Origin: Actinomycetes bacterium
GTDB taxonomy: Bacteria; Actinomycetota; Actinomycetes; Propionibacteriales; Nocardioidaceae
NCBI GenBank assembly: GCA_023396115.1
Contig: JAEWXC010000051.1
Coordinates: 21,425 to 85,424, forward strand
Length of the DNA: 64,000 bases
Reading direction: 5' to 3'
Made by a program: the position numbers and the translations under genes. Positions 44,069-54,050 of this stretch are shown in pieces. Below the pieces are notes generated by a model that worked only from the letters and a program-made list of their open reading frames with translations, was not told where the DNA came from and did not search any database. Within the stretch, counting starts at the first letter, position 1, and every line of letters starts with the position of its first letter.

Positions 44069-46540
44069 ATGACGATGCTGAGCCTGACCCGTGAAGAGGC
44101 CGCCGCCCGGACGGCGCTGCTGACCGTCGACCGCTACGACATCGAGGTCGACATGACCGGCCTGTTGGAGGGTGCTCGGTGGAGGTCGGTCAGCACGGTC
44201 ACGTTCGGGTGCCGCACCCCCGGCGCCGAGACGTTCGTGGACTGTGCCGGCGACGTCGTCCGGGCCTCGCTGAACGGCCGCGACCTGGACGTCAGCCGGG
44301 TCTCGGGTGGCCGGTTGCCGCTGGCTGACCTGGCTTCCGAGAACGTGCTCGTGCTCGAGCAGACCTGCGACAACACCGCCTCGGGCGAGGGCATCCTGCG
44401 CACCGTCGACCCGACCGACGGGGGTGTCTACGTCTGGACGTCCCTGGAGCCCGACGAGGCACGACGGTTGTGGGCCTGCTTCGACCAGCCCGACCTGAAG
44501 GCGCCGCACCGGTTCACCGTGCACGCCCCCGAGGCGTGGAAGGTCGCCTCCAACGGGGCGCCGGAGTCGATCGGTGAGCCGCACGACCGCGCCGGGGTGT
44601 CGGCGCGGACCTGGAGCTACCCCGACACTCCCCCGCTGTCGACCTACGTGGTCGTGGTCAACGCGGGCCCGTTCCACGAGGTGCGCCGCCAGGTGGACGG
44701 CTACGACCTGGGCTTCTACTGCCGCCAGTCGCTGGTGCCGCACCTGGAGCGAGACCTGGAGGAGCTGGTCACCCTCACCCGCCAGGGCCTGGCCTTCTTC
44801 GGCGAGCAGTTCGGCATCGCCTTCCCGCAGGAGCGCTACGACCAGGTCTTCGTGCCCAACCTCGGCGGTGCGATGGAGAACTGGGGGTGCGTCACCTACG
44901 GCGACAGCCAGCTGTTCCGCACCCCGCCCAGCCACCAGCAGCGTGCGGTGCGGGCCGAGTTCGTGCTGCACGAGATGGCGCACATGTGGTTCGGCGACCT
45001 GGTCACCATGCAGTGGTGGGACGACCTGTGGTTGAACGAGGCCTTCGCCTCGTGGGCGGCCAACTGGGGCCTGGCCGAGGCCACCGAGTTCTCCGACCAG
45101 TGGGCCACGCACCTGGCGCAGTCCAAGAAGCTGGCCTACGACATGGACCTGGGGCCGGCCAGCCACCCGATCCGGGCCGACGTCCCGGACGTGACCCGGG
45201 CGATGGCGAACTTCGACGTCATCACCTACGAGAAGGGCATGTCGGTCCTGCACCAGTTGATGGCCTGGGTGGGCCGGGACGCCTACATCGCCGGCCTGCA
45301 GGACTACTTCGCCCGGCACGCCTGGGGCAACACGGTGCTCGACGACCTGATGGGGGCCTTCGGTCGTGCCGCCGGGCAGGACCTGGGCGCGTGGACCGCG
45401 GCCTGGCTGGACCGCTCCGGCCCCGACCAGATGCGCCTGCTGGCCCGGGACGGGGTCCACGTGGTGGAGCTGAGCTCCCCCGACGAGGCGAAGCCCCGCC
45501 CGCACCGGGTCGACATCGCCAGCTTCGACACCTCCAGCGGCCGCCCGGTCCCGACCGGGCGCACCGAGGTCCGGCTCACCGAGGAAGCCACCCCGGTGGA
45601 CCTGCCCTCGGGTGACCTGCACCTGCTCAACGCCGGCGACCACACCTACGCGGTGGTCCGGGTCGACCCGGCGGAGCTGGCCGCGATGGTGGAGGCGCTG
45701 CCGCACCTGACCGACCCGCTGGACCGGGCCCTGGTCGTGATGACGGCGCACCAGCAGCTCCTGCTCGGCGCCGCCGCTCCGCGTGACGTGGTCCGCGCAC
45801 TCGCCCAGGGGCTGCGTGCCGAGACCAACCCGGCCCTGGTGGAGCCGATGCTCAGCCTGGCCACGCTGGTGGCCGACCGGTGGGCAGCCCCCGCCGAGCA
45901 GCCCGCCCTGGTGCGCGAGCTGGCCGACGCCGCGGCCGTGGTTGCCGCCTCGGGGCAGAACCTGCAGCCGGCCCTGCGGGTGCTCGCCTCCACCGCCAGC
46001 ACGCCCGAGCACTGGGCCGTGGTCGATGCCGCGGTCGCCGGGGAGTCGGACCTGGACCTGGCCTGGCGGGCCGCGATCCGGCGCGCCGAGACCGAGGGCG
46101 TCGACAGGGCAGCGCTGGAGGCGTTGCTGGCCGCCGACCCGGACCCCGACGCGGCCACCACCCGCCGGCTGAAGGTGCTCGCGGCCTCCCGGGAGGAGTG
46201 GGCGAAGGAGGAGGTGTGGAGGGCGTTCTTCGTCGACCGGTCCATCCCGGCCTCGCGCGACACCCTCGAACTCGGTGCCACGTTCTGGCGGGTGCCGCAG
46301 AGCGACCTGCTGCAGCCGTTCGCGCTGCGCTACCTGGAGGAGCTCACCCGGTTGACCGGTGGGCTGCTCAACCAGGGGGTCGTGATCCGGGCGATGTTCC
46401 CCCAGGGCGTCGGCGACGAGGCCTTCCTGGCCCGGGCCCGTGAGGTCGCCGAGTCCGGCACGGTCAGCGCCTATGCCGCCAACCAGTTGCGTGCAGGTGC
46501 CCACACGCTGAGCAGGATCCACGCAGCCCGGGCCCTGTGA
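44069..46540 (+). CDS. pepN: Aminopeptidase N (M1 family)
   Basis: Start re-set to ATG 44069 (MTMLSLTREEAA). GAMENWG, HEMAHMWFGDLVTMQWWDDLWLNEAFA. Confidence 0.9.
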   Translation: MTMLSLTREEAAARTALLTVDRYDIEVDMTGLLEGARWRSVSTVTFGCRTPGAETFVDCAGDVVRASLNGRDLDVSRVSGGRLPLADLASENVLVLEQTCDNTASGEGILRTVDPTDGGVYVWTSLEPDEARRLWACFDQPDLKAPHRFTVHAPEAWKVASNGAPESIGEPHDRAGVSARTWSYPDTPPLSTYVVVVNAGPFHEVRRQVDGYDLGFYCRQSLVPHLERDLEELVTLTRQGLAFFGEQFGIAFPQERYDQVFVPNLGGAMENWGCVTYGDSQLFRTPPSHQQRAVRAEFVLHEMAHMWFGDLVTMQWWDDLWLNEAFASWAANWGLAEATEFSDQWATHLAQSKKLAYDMDLGPASHPIRADVPDVTRAMANFDVITYEKGMSVLHQLMAWVGRDAYIAGLQDYFARHAWGNTVLDDLMGAFGRAAGQDLGAWTAAWLDRSGPDQMRLLARDGVHVVELSSPDEAKPRPHRVDIASFDTSSGRPVPTGRTEVRLTEEATPVDLPSGDLHLLNAGDHTYAVVRVDPAELAAMVEALPHLTDPLDRALVVMTAHQQLLLGAAAPRDVVRALAQGLRAETNPALVEPMLSLATLVADRWAAPAEQPALVRELADAAAVVAASGQNLQPALRVLASTASTPEHWAVVDAAVAGESDLDLAWRAAIRRAETEGVDRAALEALLAADPDPDAATTRRLKVLAASREEWAKEEVWRAFFVDRSIPASRDTLELGATFWRVPQSDLLQPFALRYLEELTRLTGGLLNQGVVIRAMFPQGVGDEAFLARAREVAESGTVSAYAANQLRAGAHTLSRIHAARAL

Positions 46541-46566
46541 CCCGCTGACCCAACCAGCACGACTGT

Positions 46567-46599
46567 CCGCCGCCCGTACCGCTCAGGTGCGGGCGGCGG
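46567..46599. terminator. 10-bp perfect inverted repeat at the pepN/nurA convergence point
   Basis: CCGCCGCCCG (46567-46576) pairs with CGGGCGGCGG (46590-46599) and overlaps the nurA stop codon. Confidence 0.4.
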
Positions 46600-47554
46600 C
46601 CTGTTGCAGGGCCCGCAGGACGAACGTGGGTTCACCCAGCCGGTGTCGCAGGTCCCGTTCGAGCCCGGCGATCGGGACGAGGTTCTGGGGTGCGCGGGAG
46701 TCCTTGTACTCGACCGAGGCGAACCGGGGCAGCAGCCGCTGGGTGAGTCCGGCCAGCGCGGTGACCTCGGGCAGCTCCAACTCGGCGCTGCACTCGATGC
46801 GCACCACCCCGGCCCACGGGGCACCGGGTCGGCCGGGCAGCCGCAGGTACCAGGCGTAGCGCTCCCAGGTGGTCCCCATGAGGAAGACCGGGGTGCGTTC
46901 GCCGGGTGCGAGCAGTGCGACCTGCAGGTTCAGCTCCTCGGGCAGGTAGGTGGCCCGGTGCGACTTGATGAACCCGATCGTCCGGGGCAGGTGCTGGCGC
47001 CCCCGCAGCGGCCCGTCGACCACAACCAGGTCGTCCTCGACGCCGTGGAGGTGGTCGGTGCTGCGGGCGGTCAGGGTGGTGAGCAGCTCCAGGTCGGCCA
47101 GCTGCCCCTGCAGCGCGGCGTTGAGGAGCTGGGCGGGGGCCTGGTCGTCGGCCGCGGCGACCGCGTGCCGGGTGAACTCCCCGGCCCGGGTCGGCAGCGG
47201 GGCGGCGTCCGGGGCGGTGGTGAACAGTCCCCGTCGCTGTTCGGCCAGCAGCACGTGGGCCCCCAGATCGCAGCAGCACACCACGCCGGCTCCCCAGGAG
47301 GCCGCGACCCCCAGGTCGGCGTTGGTGCCGTCGGCGGACCCGGCCCACACCCGGGCCTCGATCCGGCGCACCCCGTCGACGAAGAGCACCCGCCCCGGCT
47401 CGGGGCCTTCCGGCACGCAGACCGGCGCCCAGTCCTCGGCGCTCCGTTCGACGTCCACGGTCACCCGGGCGGTCGAGACGAACCCCTCCGGCTCCCCCAG
47501 GTCCTCCACCGAGGAGCCGTAGGAGGGGTCCCAACCGTCGATGAAGTACTTCAC
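46583..47554 (-). CDS. nurA: NurA-like nuclease
   Basis: Start re-set to GTG 47554, overlapping the sbcC stop (GTGA). NurA-type blocks VLFVDGVRR, LVVVDGPLRG and TIGFIKSH. It is the last gene of the herA-sbcD-sbcC cluster. Confidence 0.7.
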   Translation of the reverse strand: MKYFIDGWDPSYGSSVEDLGEPEGFVSTARVTVDVERSAEDWAPVCVPEGPEPGRVLFVDGVRRIEARVWAGSADGTNADLGVAASWGAGVVCCCDLGAHVLLAEQRRGLFTTAPDAAPLPTRAGEFTRHAVAAADDQAPAQLLNAALQGQLADLELLTTLTARSTDHLHGVEDDLVVVDGPLRGRQHLPRTIGFIKSHRATYLPEELNLQVALLAPGERTPVFLMGTTWERYAWYLRLPGRPGAPWAGVVRIECSAELELPEVTALAGLTQRLLPRFASVEYKDSRAPQNLVPIAGLERDLRHRLGEPTFVLRALQQAAART

Positions 47555-50500
47555 AACGCCTCGCGCTCGACCCGGGAGGTCAGGTGGTCCCGGGTGACCC
47601 GGAACCTGACCGGGGTCCGGTCGGCCAGCGCCTGCACGTGGGTGACCACCCCGACCATTCGTCCCTGGGCCAGGTTCTCCAGTGTCGCGGCGACGGTGTC
47701 CAGTGAGTCGGGGTCCAGGGTGCCGAACCCCTCGTCGAGGAAGATCGACTCCAGCCGCACCACGCCACCGGCCGCCAGGGCTGCGAGCTGCTCGGACAGG
47801 GCGAGCGCCAGGGCCAGGGAGGTCTGGAACGTCTCGCCGCCCGACAGCGTCTTCACCGAGCGGGTGGAGTCGGCGTCGAAGTGGTCGACGACGTAGAACT
47901 CGCCCTTGTCGTGGGTCAGCGAGAACTGTCCGCCGGACAGCTCGTCGAGGCTGCTGGAGGCTCCGGTGACCAGGGTGTCCAACGCGGCCCCGGCGAGCCA
48001 CTGCTGGAACTTGTCGGCCCGCAGGAGGCTGGCCAGCTCGGCGGCGACCCGTTGCCGTTCGGTGGCCTCGGTGATCCGTCGGACGAGGTCGGCCTGTCGC
48101 TCCAGGTCCTTGCGGGCCCCGGCCAGCCGGTCCCGGGTCTCGGCGCGGGCGACGGCCAGTCCCTCCACCGAGGTCCGCGGGTCCTGGCCGAGTGCCTGGT
48201 GCTCGTACTCGATGCCGTGCCCGTCCAGCAGCGCGCCGAGCTCGGTGACGCGGGCGTCGCGCCGCTGCCCGGCCTCGGCGGCTGCGGCCAGGGACGCGTC
48301 GCGTTCGGTGTGCAGCTCCACGACCCGCTCGGTGGCCCAGCTGACCAGCCGGACCCAGCACCCGTGCAGGTCCTCGTCCAGCTCGCTGGCCGGGAACCCG
48401 GGCGGCTGGGCGCCGCTGACCCGGTCCCTGGCGGTGTCGAACGCCTCCCGGTCGGCCCGGGTGGCCTGCACCGCCTCGTCGTGGCGCTCCGCGGCCGTCC
48501 GGTGCGCCTCGCGCTGGCTGTCGCGGTGGGCTCGGGCCTCGGCGGCGACCCGGGCGAGCTCGTCGGCCCGGGTCAGCTGTTCGGAGAGCTCGTCGGCGCT
48601 GGGCGCGTCGGTGAGGATCTCGTCGAGCTGGCCGACCCGCTCGCGGCGTGCTGACAGGGTGGCGCTGGTGCGCGCCAGCTCGGTCCGGAGTCGGGTGAGT
48701 TCGGCTCCGGTGGCCTCCGCCGCGGCCGCGGCCGCGGTCCCGTCGTTGACCACCTGTTCGAGGGCTGCGGTGGTGCTCGTGTGCTGCAGGTGGGCTGCGG
48801 GCAGGACCTCCTCGACCGTGCGGTGGTGCAGGTCGCGTGCCCAGTCCACCAGCGCGGTCCAGTCGGCGTGCAGGGAGGCAGGATCACCCGACGGGGCGGG
48901 AGCCCCGTCCGCGGCGTGCTGCTCGGACCGGGACACCAGGCGCTGGGCGGCGACGGTGTGCGCGGTCTGCGCGCGGCGCAGGTCCTCCTCGGCGTCCTTG
49001 AGCACCTTCTCCAGGCCGCTCAGGCGCTGGCGGTGGTCGGACTGCTCGGCCCGCAACCGGCTCCCCTGCGCGTTCGCCGCGTCCAGCGCCGCGCGGAACC
49101 GACCGGTGCAGGTGCGCAGGGACTCCGGGTCCGCCGGGAGGTCGGTGGCGCCGGTTCCGAGCGTGTCGACCAGGGCAGCGAGGTCCTCGATGAGCGCCTC
49201 GCGCTCCCAGGTGTGGCGCTGCTGCTCCTGGTCGCGCTCGCGACCCAGCTGGTCAGCCCGGCGGCGGGACTCCTCCTCCACCGTCCGCGCCTGCTCGGCG
49301 CGGGTCTGGGCGTCGACGAGCGCGGCGGAGGTGTCGCCGGCAGCGGGCAGCACGCTCACCTGCTGGGTGCAGACCGGGCAGTCGTCGCCGACCTGCAGGT
49401 CGGCACGCAGCGCGGCAGCGCGGTCGTCGCGCCGCCGCCGGTGCAGTTCGTCCTCGGCGGCCTCGTACACCTGCTGGTGCCGCTCGTTCTCGGCGACGGC
49501 GTCGGCGTGCTGCTGGTCCAGCTCCCGGCACCGGTCCGCGGCCGTGTGCCAGGCCTCCCAACGCTGTGCGAACCGGTCGACCGCCTCCAGGCGTCGGCGG
49601 AGTTCGTCGGAGGGCGGAGCCGTCTCGAGTTCCGCGGTCACGGCGTCGAGCGCACGCTGGGCGTCCGCGACGTCCTGCTCCGCGGCGCCGACCGCGCTGC
49701 GGGCTGCCGGCTCACCGGCGGCGGTGTCCAGCTCGTCGGGGACGGTGAGGCCACTGGTGCGCGCCGCCAGGGTGCTCGCCCGCTCGACGGCGGCGGCCGC
49801 GTCCCGGTCCGCCTGGGCAGCCGACTGGTGGCCGGCGCGCAACTCCTCCAGCCGGTCCCGGGCGGTGGTGTCCGCGACGAGAGCGGCCTCCTCCTGCGAC
49901 CGCAGGTCGGTCTCCTCGCGGGTCAGGTCGGCCACCTGGGCGACCAGCCCGTCACGTTCCTCGCGGGCCGAGGCGATCTGTTCCAGCGCCGGGCGCGTGG
50001 GGTGGACGGCCACGGCGTTGGCAGCCGCATCGGCAGCGCCCTCCGCGGTGGCGACTGCTTCGGTGGCCGTCGCGAGGGCGTCGCGTGCGTCCAGGAGCGC
50101 GTCGTGCCGTGCGGTGAGACCTTCGGGAACCGCCAGGTAGGACAGGGTCGCGGCCAGGTCGGTCGCCCGGGTTCCGCTGACCCGGGCAGCCTCCTCGGTC
50201 TGGCCGAGCGCGACCAGCTCGTCGACGGCGGCCTGGACGGGTGCCACGGCCGCGTCGAGGGCGGTGAGGTCCGCCGCCAGCTGCTCGACCTGCTCGGGCG
50301 TGCTGGTGCTGCCCCGCCCGTGCTGGTCGGTCAGCAGGTCCAGTTGGGTCTGGGCCTGCTTGGCGCGGGCGTTGGCGGCCCGCCGCATCCGCTCGTAGGC
50401 GTCACCGCCCAGGAGCTTGAGCAGGATCGTCTGCCGCTCGGCCCGCGTGGCCTTGAGGAACCGGGCGAACTCCCCCTGCGGGAGCACGACGCACTGGCAG

Positions 50501-50952
50501 AAGTCGTCAAACTCCATGCCGAGCAGCTCGACCACGGCCGGCGTCATCCGGCGGGCCTCCCCGGCCAGCACCTCGGTGGCGGTCTCCTCGCCCGGCAGCG
50601 GCAGCGCCCGGGGGTCGAGGAAGCGTTCCAGCAGTGCGCCCTTGGTCTGCACCGTTCCGGCCCCGCCGCTGCGGCGGACCTCGCGGACGGCCTGGTACCG
50701 CTCGTCGCCGAGGTCGAAGACCAGCCGGACGGTGGCGCGGTTCTTGGTCGGGGCGAGCGCGTCGCCCACGGCGTTGGCCCGGCCCCAGCGCGGGGCGGTG
50801 CCGTAGAGGGCGAAGCAGATCGCGTCGATCAGCGTCGACTTGCCGGACCCGGTGTTGCCGACGAAGGAGAAGTAGTCGGCATCGGTGAAGTCGACGCTGG
50901 CGGACTCACGGAACGACGCGAAGCCGTCGACGTCGAGGCGTACGGGGCGCAT
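47551..50952 (-). CDS. sbcC: SbcC/Rad50-family SMC-like ATPase
   Basis: Start re-set to ATG 50952 (MRPVRLDVDGFASF), sharing 1 nt with the sbcD stop. Walker A GNTGSGKST, a central CPVC zinc hook inside long coiled coils, signature LSGGETFQ, and Walker B IFLDEGFGTLD. Confidence 0.85.
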   Translation of the reverse strand: MRPVRLDVDGFASFRESASVDFTDADYFSFVGNTGSGKSTLIDAICFALYGTAPRWGRANAVGDALAPTKNRATVRLVFDLGDERYQAVREVRRSGGAGTVQTKGALLERFLDPRALPLPGEETATEVLAGEARRMTPAVVELLGMEFDDFCQCVVLPQGEFARFLKATRAERQTILLKLLGGDAYERMRRAANARAKQAQTQLDLLTDQHGRGSTSTPEQVEQLAADLTALDAAVAPVQAAVDELVALGQTEEAARVSGTRATDLAATLSYLAVPEGLTARHDALLDARDALATATEAVATAEGAADAAANAVAVHPTRPALEQIASAREERDGLVAQVADLTREETDLRSQEEAALVADTTARDRLEELRAGHQSAAQADRDAAAAVERASTLAARTSGLTVPDELDTAAGEPAARSAVGAAEQDVADAQRALDAVTAELETAPPSDELRRRLEAVDRFAQRWEAWHTAADRCRELDQQHADAVAENERHQQVYEAAEDELHRRRRDDRAAALRADLQVGDDCPVCTQQVSVLPAAGDTSAALVDAQTRAEQARTVEEESRRRADQLGRERDQEQQRHTWEREALIEDLAALVDTLGTGATDLPADPESLRTCTGRFRAALDAANAQGSRLRAEQSDHRQRLSGLEKVLKDAEEDLRRAQTAHTVAAQRLVSRSEQHAADGAPAPSGDPASLHADWTALVDWARDLHHRTVEEVLPAAHLQHTSTTAALEQVVNDGTAAAAAAEATGAELTRLRTELARTSATLSARRERVGQLDEILTDAPSADELSEQLTRADELARVAAEARAHRDSQREAHRTAAERHDEAVQATRADREAFDTARDRVSGAQPPGFPASELDEDLHGCWVRLVSWATERVVELHTERDASLAAAAEAGQRRDARVTELGALLDGHGIEYEHQALGQDPRTSVEGLAVARAETRDRLAGARKDLERQADLVRRITEATERQRVAAELASLLRADKFQQWLAGAALDTLVTGASSSLDELSGGQFSLTHDKGEFYVVDHFDADSTRSVKTLSGGETFQTSLALALALSEQLAALAAGGVVRLESIFLDEGFGTLDPDSLDTVAATLENLAQGRMVGVVTHVQALADRTPVRFRVTRDHLTSRVEREAL

Positions 50953-52154
50953 CAGGCGGTCCCTCCTGCCGGCGTGGCGGTGCTGGGCTGGTGTCCGGTG
51001 GTCTCGTCGTGCAGCTCGTCGAACAGGGCGGTGACCCGCTCGTCCTGACTGCCGACCTCGGCGCTGTAGCTGGCGAACAGCTCGCGTGGCGTCACCTGGG
51101 CGACCTGGGCCTGACTGACCCGGGTCCGGGTGAGCTGGTCGGGGTCCGGCTGGACGTGGATCTCCAGCGCGTTCGGCAGGGCCTCGAGGATGTCGTCGCG
51201 CAGCCCGGCGTAGGTGGTCTGGGTGACCCGGACCCGCAGCCACTCCTCGGACAGCTCCTCGGACCGGGAGCGCAACTCCTCCACGCTGCCCTCCACGGTC
51301 CGCAACCGCCGGGGCGAGGTGAGCTCGAGGTCGGTCACCCGGGCAGGACGCCCCGGCTCGGCCTCCACCAGCAGCACGCTGGGGGTGTAGTCCTCCTCAC
51401 CGAAGTCGACCCGCAGCGGAGCCCCCGAGTAGTGCACCGGGCAGTGCGAGGCGACCTCTTGGCGACGGTGCAGGTGGCCCAGCGCCACGTAGTGCGAGTC
51501 CGTGGGGAAGATGGTGGGCGCCACGCTGTACTCGAAGATGGTCTGGGCGCTGCGCTCGCCACCGCCCTGGATGCCGCCGATGGTGGTCAGGTGCGCCATC
51601 ATCAGGTTGACCCCGTCGGGGTCGTAGCCCTCGCCCAGGTGGGTGACGAAGTTGCGCACCCACTGCTCGTAGGCACCGGAGTTGCGGGCCGGAACGTTGT
51701 CGCCGGGGGCGATCAGCTGGGCGCCGCGCACCGCGTCGCGCTGCGAGAGGAACGGCAGCATGCCCACGTTCACCGACGCCCCGTCGCTGCGGGCGGTGAA
51801 GGTGTGCACGCCACCCTTGTCGCGGGGCCGGACCTGACCGAAGAGTTCGATGCCGGCCACCTCCATCAGCGGCCGGTACGCCTCGAACGTGCGCCCGTGG
51901 TCGTGGTTGCCGGCGATCGCCAGCACCTTGATCCCGTCCCGGGCCAGGGCGAGCAGCACCTGGACCACCAGCCGCTGGGCGTCAGCGGTGGGTGCGGCGC
52001 TGTCGTAGACGTCGCCGGCGATGAGCACCGCATCCACGTCGTGGGTCCGGGCCAGGCCGACGATCTCCGAGAGCACTTCGCGCTGCTCGTCGAGACGCGG
52101 GCGGCCCTTGAGGGTCTTGCCGACGTGCCAGTCGGCGGTGTGCAGGAACTTCAC
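50952..52154 (-). CDS. sbcD: SbcD/Mre11-family nuclease
   Basis: 400 aa with phosphoesterase motifs HTADWHVG, AGDVYD, GNHDH, GHLH. Confidence 0.9.
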   Translation of the reverse strand: MKFLHTADWHVGKTLKGRPRLDEQREVLSEIVGLARTHDVDAVLIAGDVYDSAAPTADAQRLVVQVLLALARDGIKVLAIAGNHDHGRTFEAYRPLMEVAGIELFGQVRPRDKGGVHTFTARSDGASVNVGMLPFLSQRDAVRGAQLIAPGDNVPARNSGAYEQWVRNFVTHLGEGYDPDGVNLMMAHLTTIGGIQGGGERSAQTIFEYSVAPTIFPTDSHYVALGHLHRRQEVASHCPVHYSGAPLRVDFGEEDYTPSVLLVEAEPGRPARVTDLELTSPRRLRTVEGSVEELRSRSEELSEEWLRVRVTQTTYAGLRDDILEALPNALEIHVQPDPDQLTRTRVSQAQVAQVTPRELFASYSAEVGSQDERVTALFDELHDETTGHQPSTATPAGGTA

Positions 52155-52206
52155 GCAGGACTCCGGTGGGTCTGGACAGGTGCAGTGGGCAGGGAGGGAG
52201 CCGGAC

Positions 52207-54003
52207 TCAGAACGGTGCCGGGTCGGTGTCGAAGCCGAACGTGTCGTCGACGTCGGGCAGCAGGTCGAACGGGTCGCGGGCAGCCGGCCCGGCGGCGGCG
52301 TCGCCGGGGGCGCTGCCGCTGCTGAACGTCGGGTCCACGACTTCGGAGAGCCGGGTGGCCCAGGCCGGGAACGGGAACTCCACGGCCAACGGCACCGGGA
52401 TCTCGGGCTGGGTGACGAACATGGTGCCGGGTTTGGCGAGGGTGGCCCGGGCCCGCTGGGAGCGGGGCAGGAACCCGTACTCGGGGCGCCCCGCCTCGGC
52501 CGGGTCGAGCCGCCCGACGATCTTGATCGAGGAGTTGGACACGATGCGCCGCTCGACCTCGCTGGCCGTCTGCTGCGCCCCGATCAGGATGATGCCCAGC
52601 GACCGACCGCGTTCGGCGATGTCGAGGAGCACCTCCTTGATCGGGGAGGAACCGTCCCGGGGGGCGTACTTGTTGAGCTCGTCGAGCATCGTGAACAGCA
52701 GCCCACCGGCGCCGGCCTGCTCCTTGCGTTCGGTCTCACTCGCCAGCACCACACCGACGACGAACCGCTGGGCCCGGTCGTGCAGCGCGTGCAGGTCGAC
52801 CACGGTGACCTGCTGGCCGCTGGTGGAGATCCGTCGACCGGGGCTGTCGGTCAGGTCGCCGCGGATGATCGGGGTGAGGTGACGCACCGAGGAGCGCAGC
52901 CGCCGGATGAACGCGTTGACCGTGCCGATGCCGGTGACCGGTCCGGCCCACCGGCGCCGGGTGAGGTCGTCCTCGCTGGAGACCTTCTCGCAGATCAGCT
53001 CGACCAGGTCGGGCCAGGTGCGCACGGTCTGACCGTCGATGTTGACCGCGCCGTCGTTGCCGGCCGGGACCGCGTCCTGGGCGAGCCGGGCAGCGACCTG
53101 GTGGATCACCATCGTGTACTGCTGCCGCTCGTCCTCGGTGTCCGCGAAGACGTAGCGCAGCAGCTCGCGCTCACACAGCTCGGCCAGGCTCCACCAGAAC
53201 GACTGCACCCCCGAGGTGCGGCCGGTGACGTGCGGACGACCGGTGGGGTCACCGGGCGCCGGCGGGGCGAAGAAGCCGACCGATCCGAACGGCTGCGCCG
53301 CGAGCCCGAGGCGCGCGTAGCCGACCCGGTCGACGTCCCGCAGCCGGGAGTTGGCCTGGTCCAGGAAGAGCAGGTCCTCGCCCTTGACCGAGAAGATCAG
53401 CGCCTTCGCGTTGACCGCGCGGGGACCCAGGGCACCGGAGGTGAAGACCGAGTGCAGAAGGAACAGCGCGAAGCTGGTCTTGGTGGCGACCCCGGAGATC
53501 CCCGAGATGGACACGTGCGCGCCGCGGGTGCCGTCCAGGAACTCCAGGTTGAGGTGGACCGGCGCCCCGTCCCGGCCCATCCCGACCGGGACCCGGTGCT
53601 CCATCTGGTCGAAGTAGAGCGCTTGGTCGCGGGTGCTGCCGGTGGCCCGGTGGGCTGCCTCCCCCGGGCGCGGCGGGACGTACCGCTCGGGTTCGACCCG
53701 GGTGGTGGTCACCTCGGCGACCTCCTGCACCTGGGCGGGCATGATCCCGTCGGCGATCAGGAACACGTCGGACCCGAAGGTGGCCCCCTCGTGCCGTGAC
53801 ACCACGTCGGTCACGACCCCGGAGGTGGTCACCGTGCCGACGCCGGGGACCTCGCGGCTGGTGGTCACCACGTCGTCGAGCTGGAGGTAGGCGTCCTCGG
53901 CGATGGCGACGTGGAACTTCAGCGGTGTCGAGTCGACGGTGCCGGTCACCATCCCCACGGGCGGGGCCCCGGTCTCCTCGACGGGCTGCTGCTCCTGGGT
54001 CAC
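52207..54003 (-). CDS. herA: HerA-like (FtsK-HerA superfamily, DUF87-type) ATPase
   Basis: 598 aa. N-terminal barrel-like segment GMVTGTVDSTPLKFHVAIAEDAYLQLDDVV, P-loop-like ISGISGVATKTS, and Walker B LLFTMLDELNKYAP. GTG start with GGTAGGAGG upstream. Confidence 0.8.
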   Translation of the reverse strand: MTQEQQPVEETGAPPVGMVTGTVDSTPLKFHVAIAEDAYLQLDDVVTTSREVPGVGTVTTSGVVTDVVSRHEGATFGSDVFLIADGIMPAQVQEVAEVTTTRVEPERYVPPRPGEAAHRATGSTRDQALYFDQMEHRVPVGMGRDGAPVHLNLEFLDGTRGAHVSISGISGVATKTSFALFLLHSVFTSGALGPRAVNAKALIFSVKGEDLLFLDQANSRLRDVDRVGYARLGLAAQPFGSVGFFAPPAPGDPTGRPHVTGRTSGVQSFWWSLAELCERELLRYVFADTEDERQQYTMVIHQVAARLAQDAVPAGNDGAVNIDGQTVRTWPDLVELICEKVSSEDDLTRRRWAGPVTGIGTVNAFIRRLRSSVRHLTPIIRGDLTDSPGRRISTSGQQVTVVDLHALHDRAQRFVVGVVLASETERKEQAGAGGLLFTMLDELNKYAPRDGSSPIKEVLLDIAERGRSLGIILIGAQQTASEVERRIVSNSSIKIVGRLDPAEAGRPEYGFLPRSQRARATLAKPGTMFVTQPEIPVPLAVEFPFPAWATRLSEVVDPTFSSGSAPGDAAAGPAARDPFDLLPDVDDTFGFDTDPAPF

Positions 54004-54050
54004 GCGCGCCTCCTACCGCTCCCGGCGCCCCCGGTGGGAGCCGTGCTCAC

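Noticed and set aside
43370-46522. 1050-aa minus-strand ORF
   Set aside because: Only its last 210 codons (43370-43999) form a NUDIX hydrolase. The rest is the antisense shadow of aminopeptidase N (44069-46540), with G/V/R/L-rich low-complexity translation.
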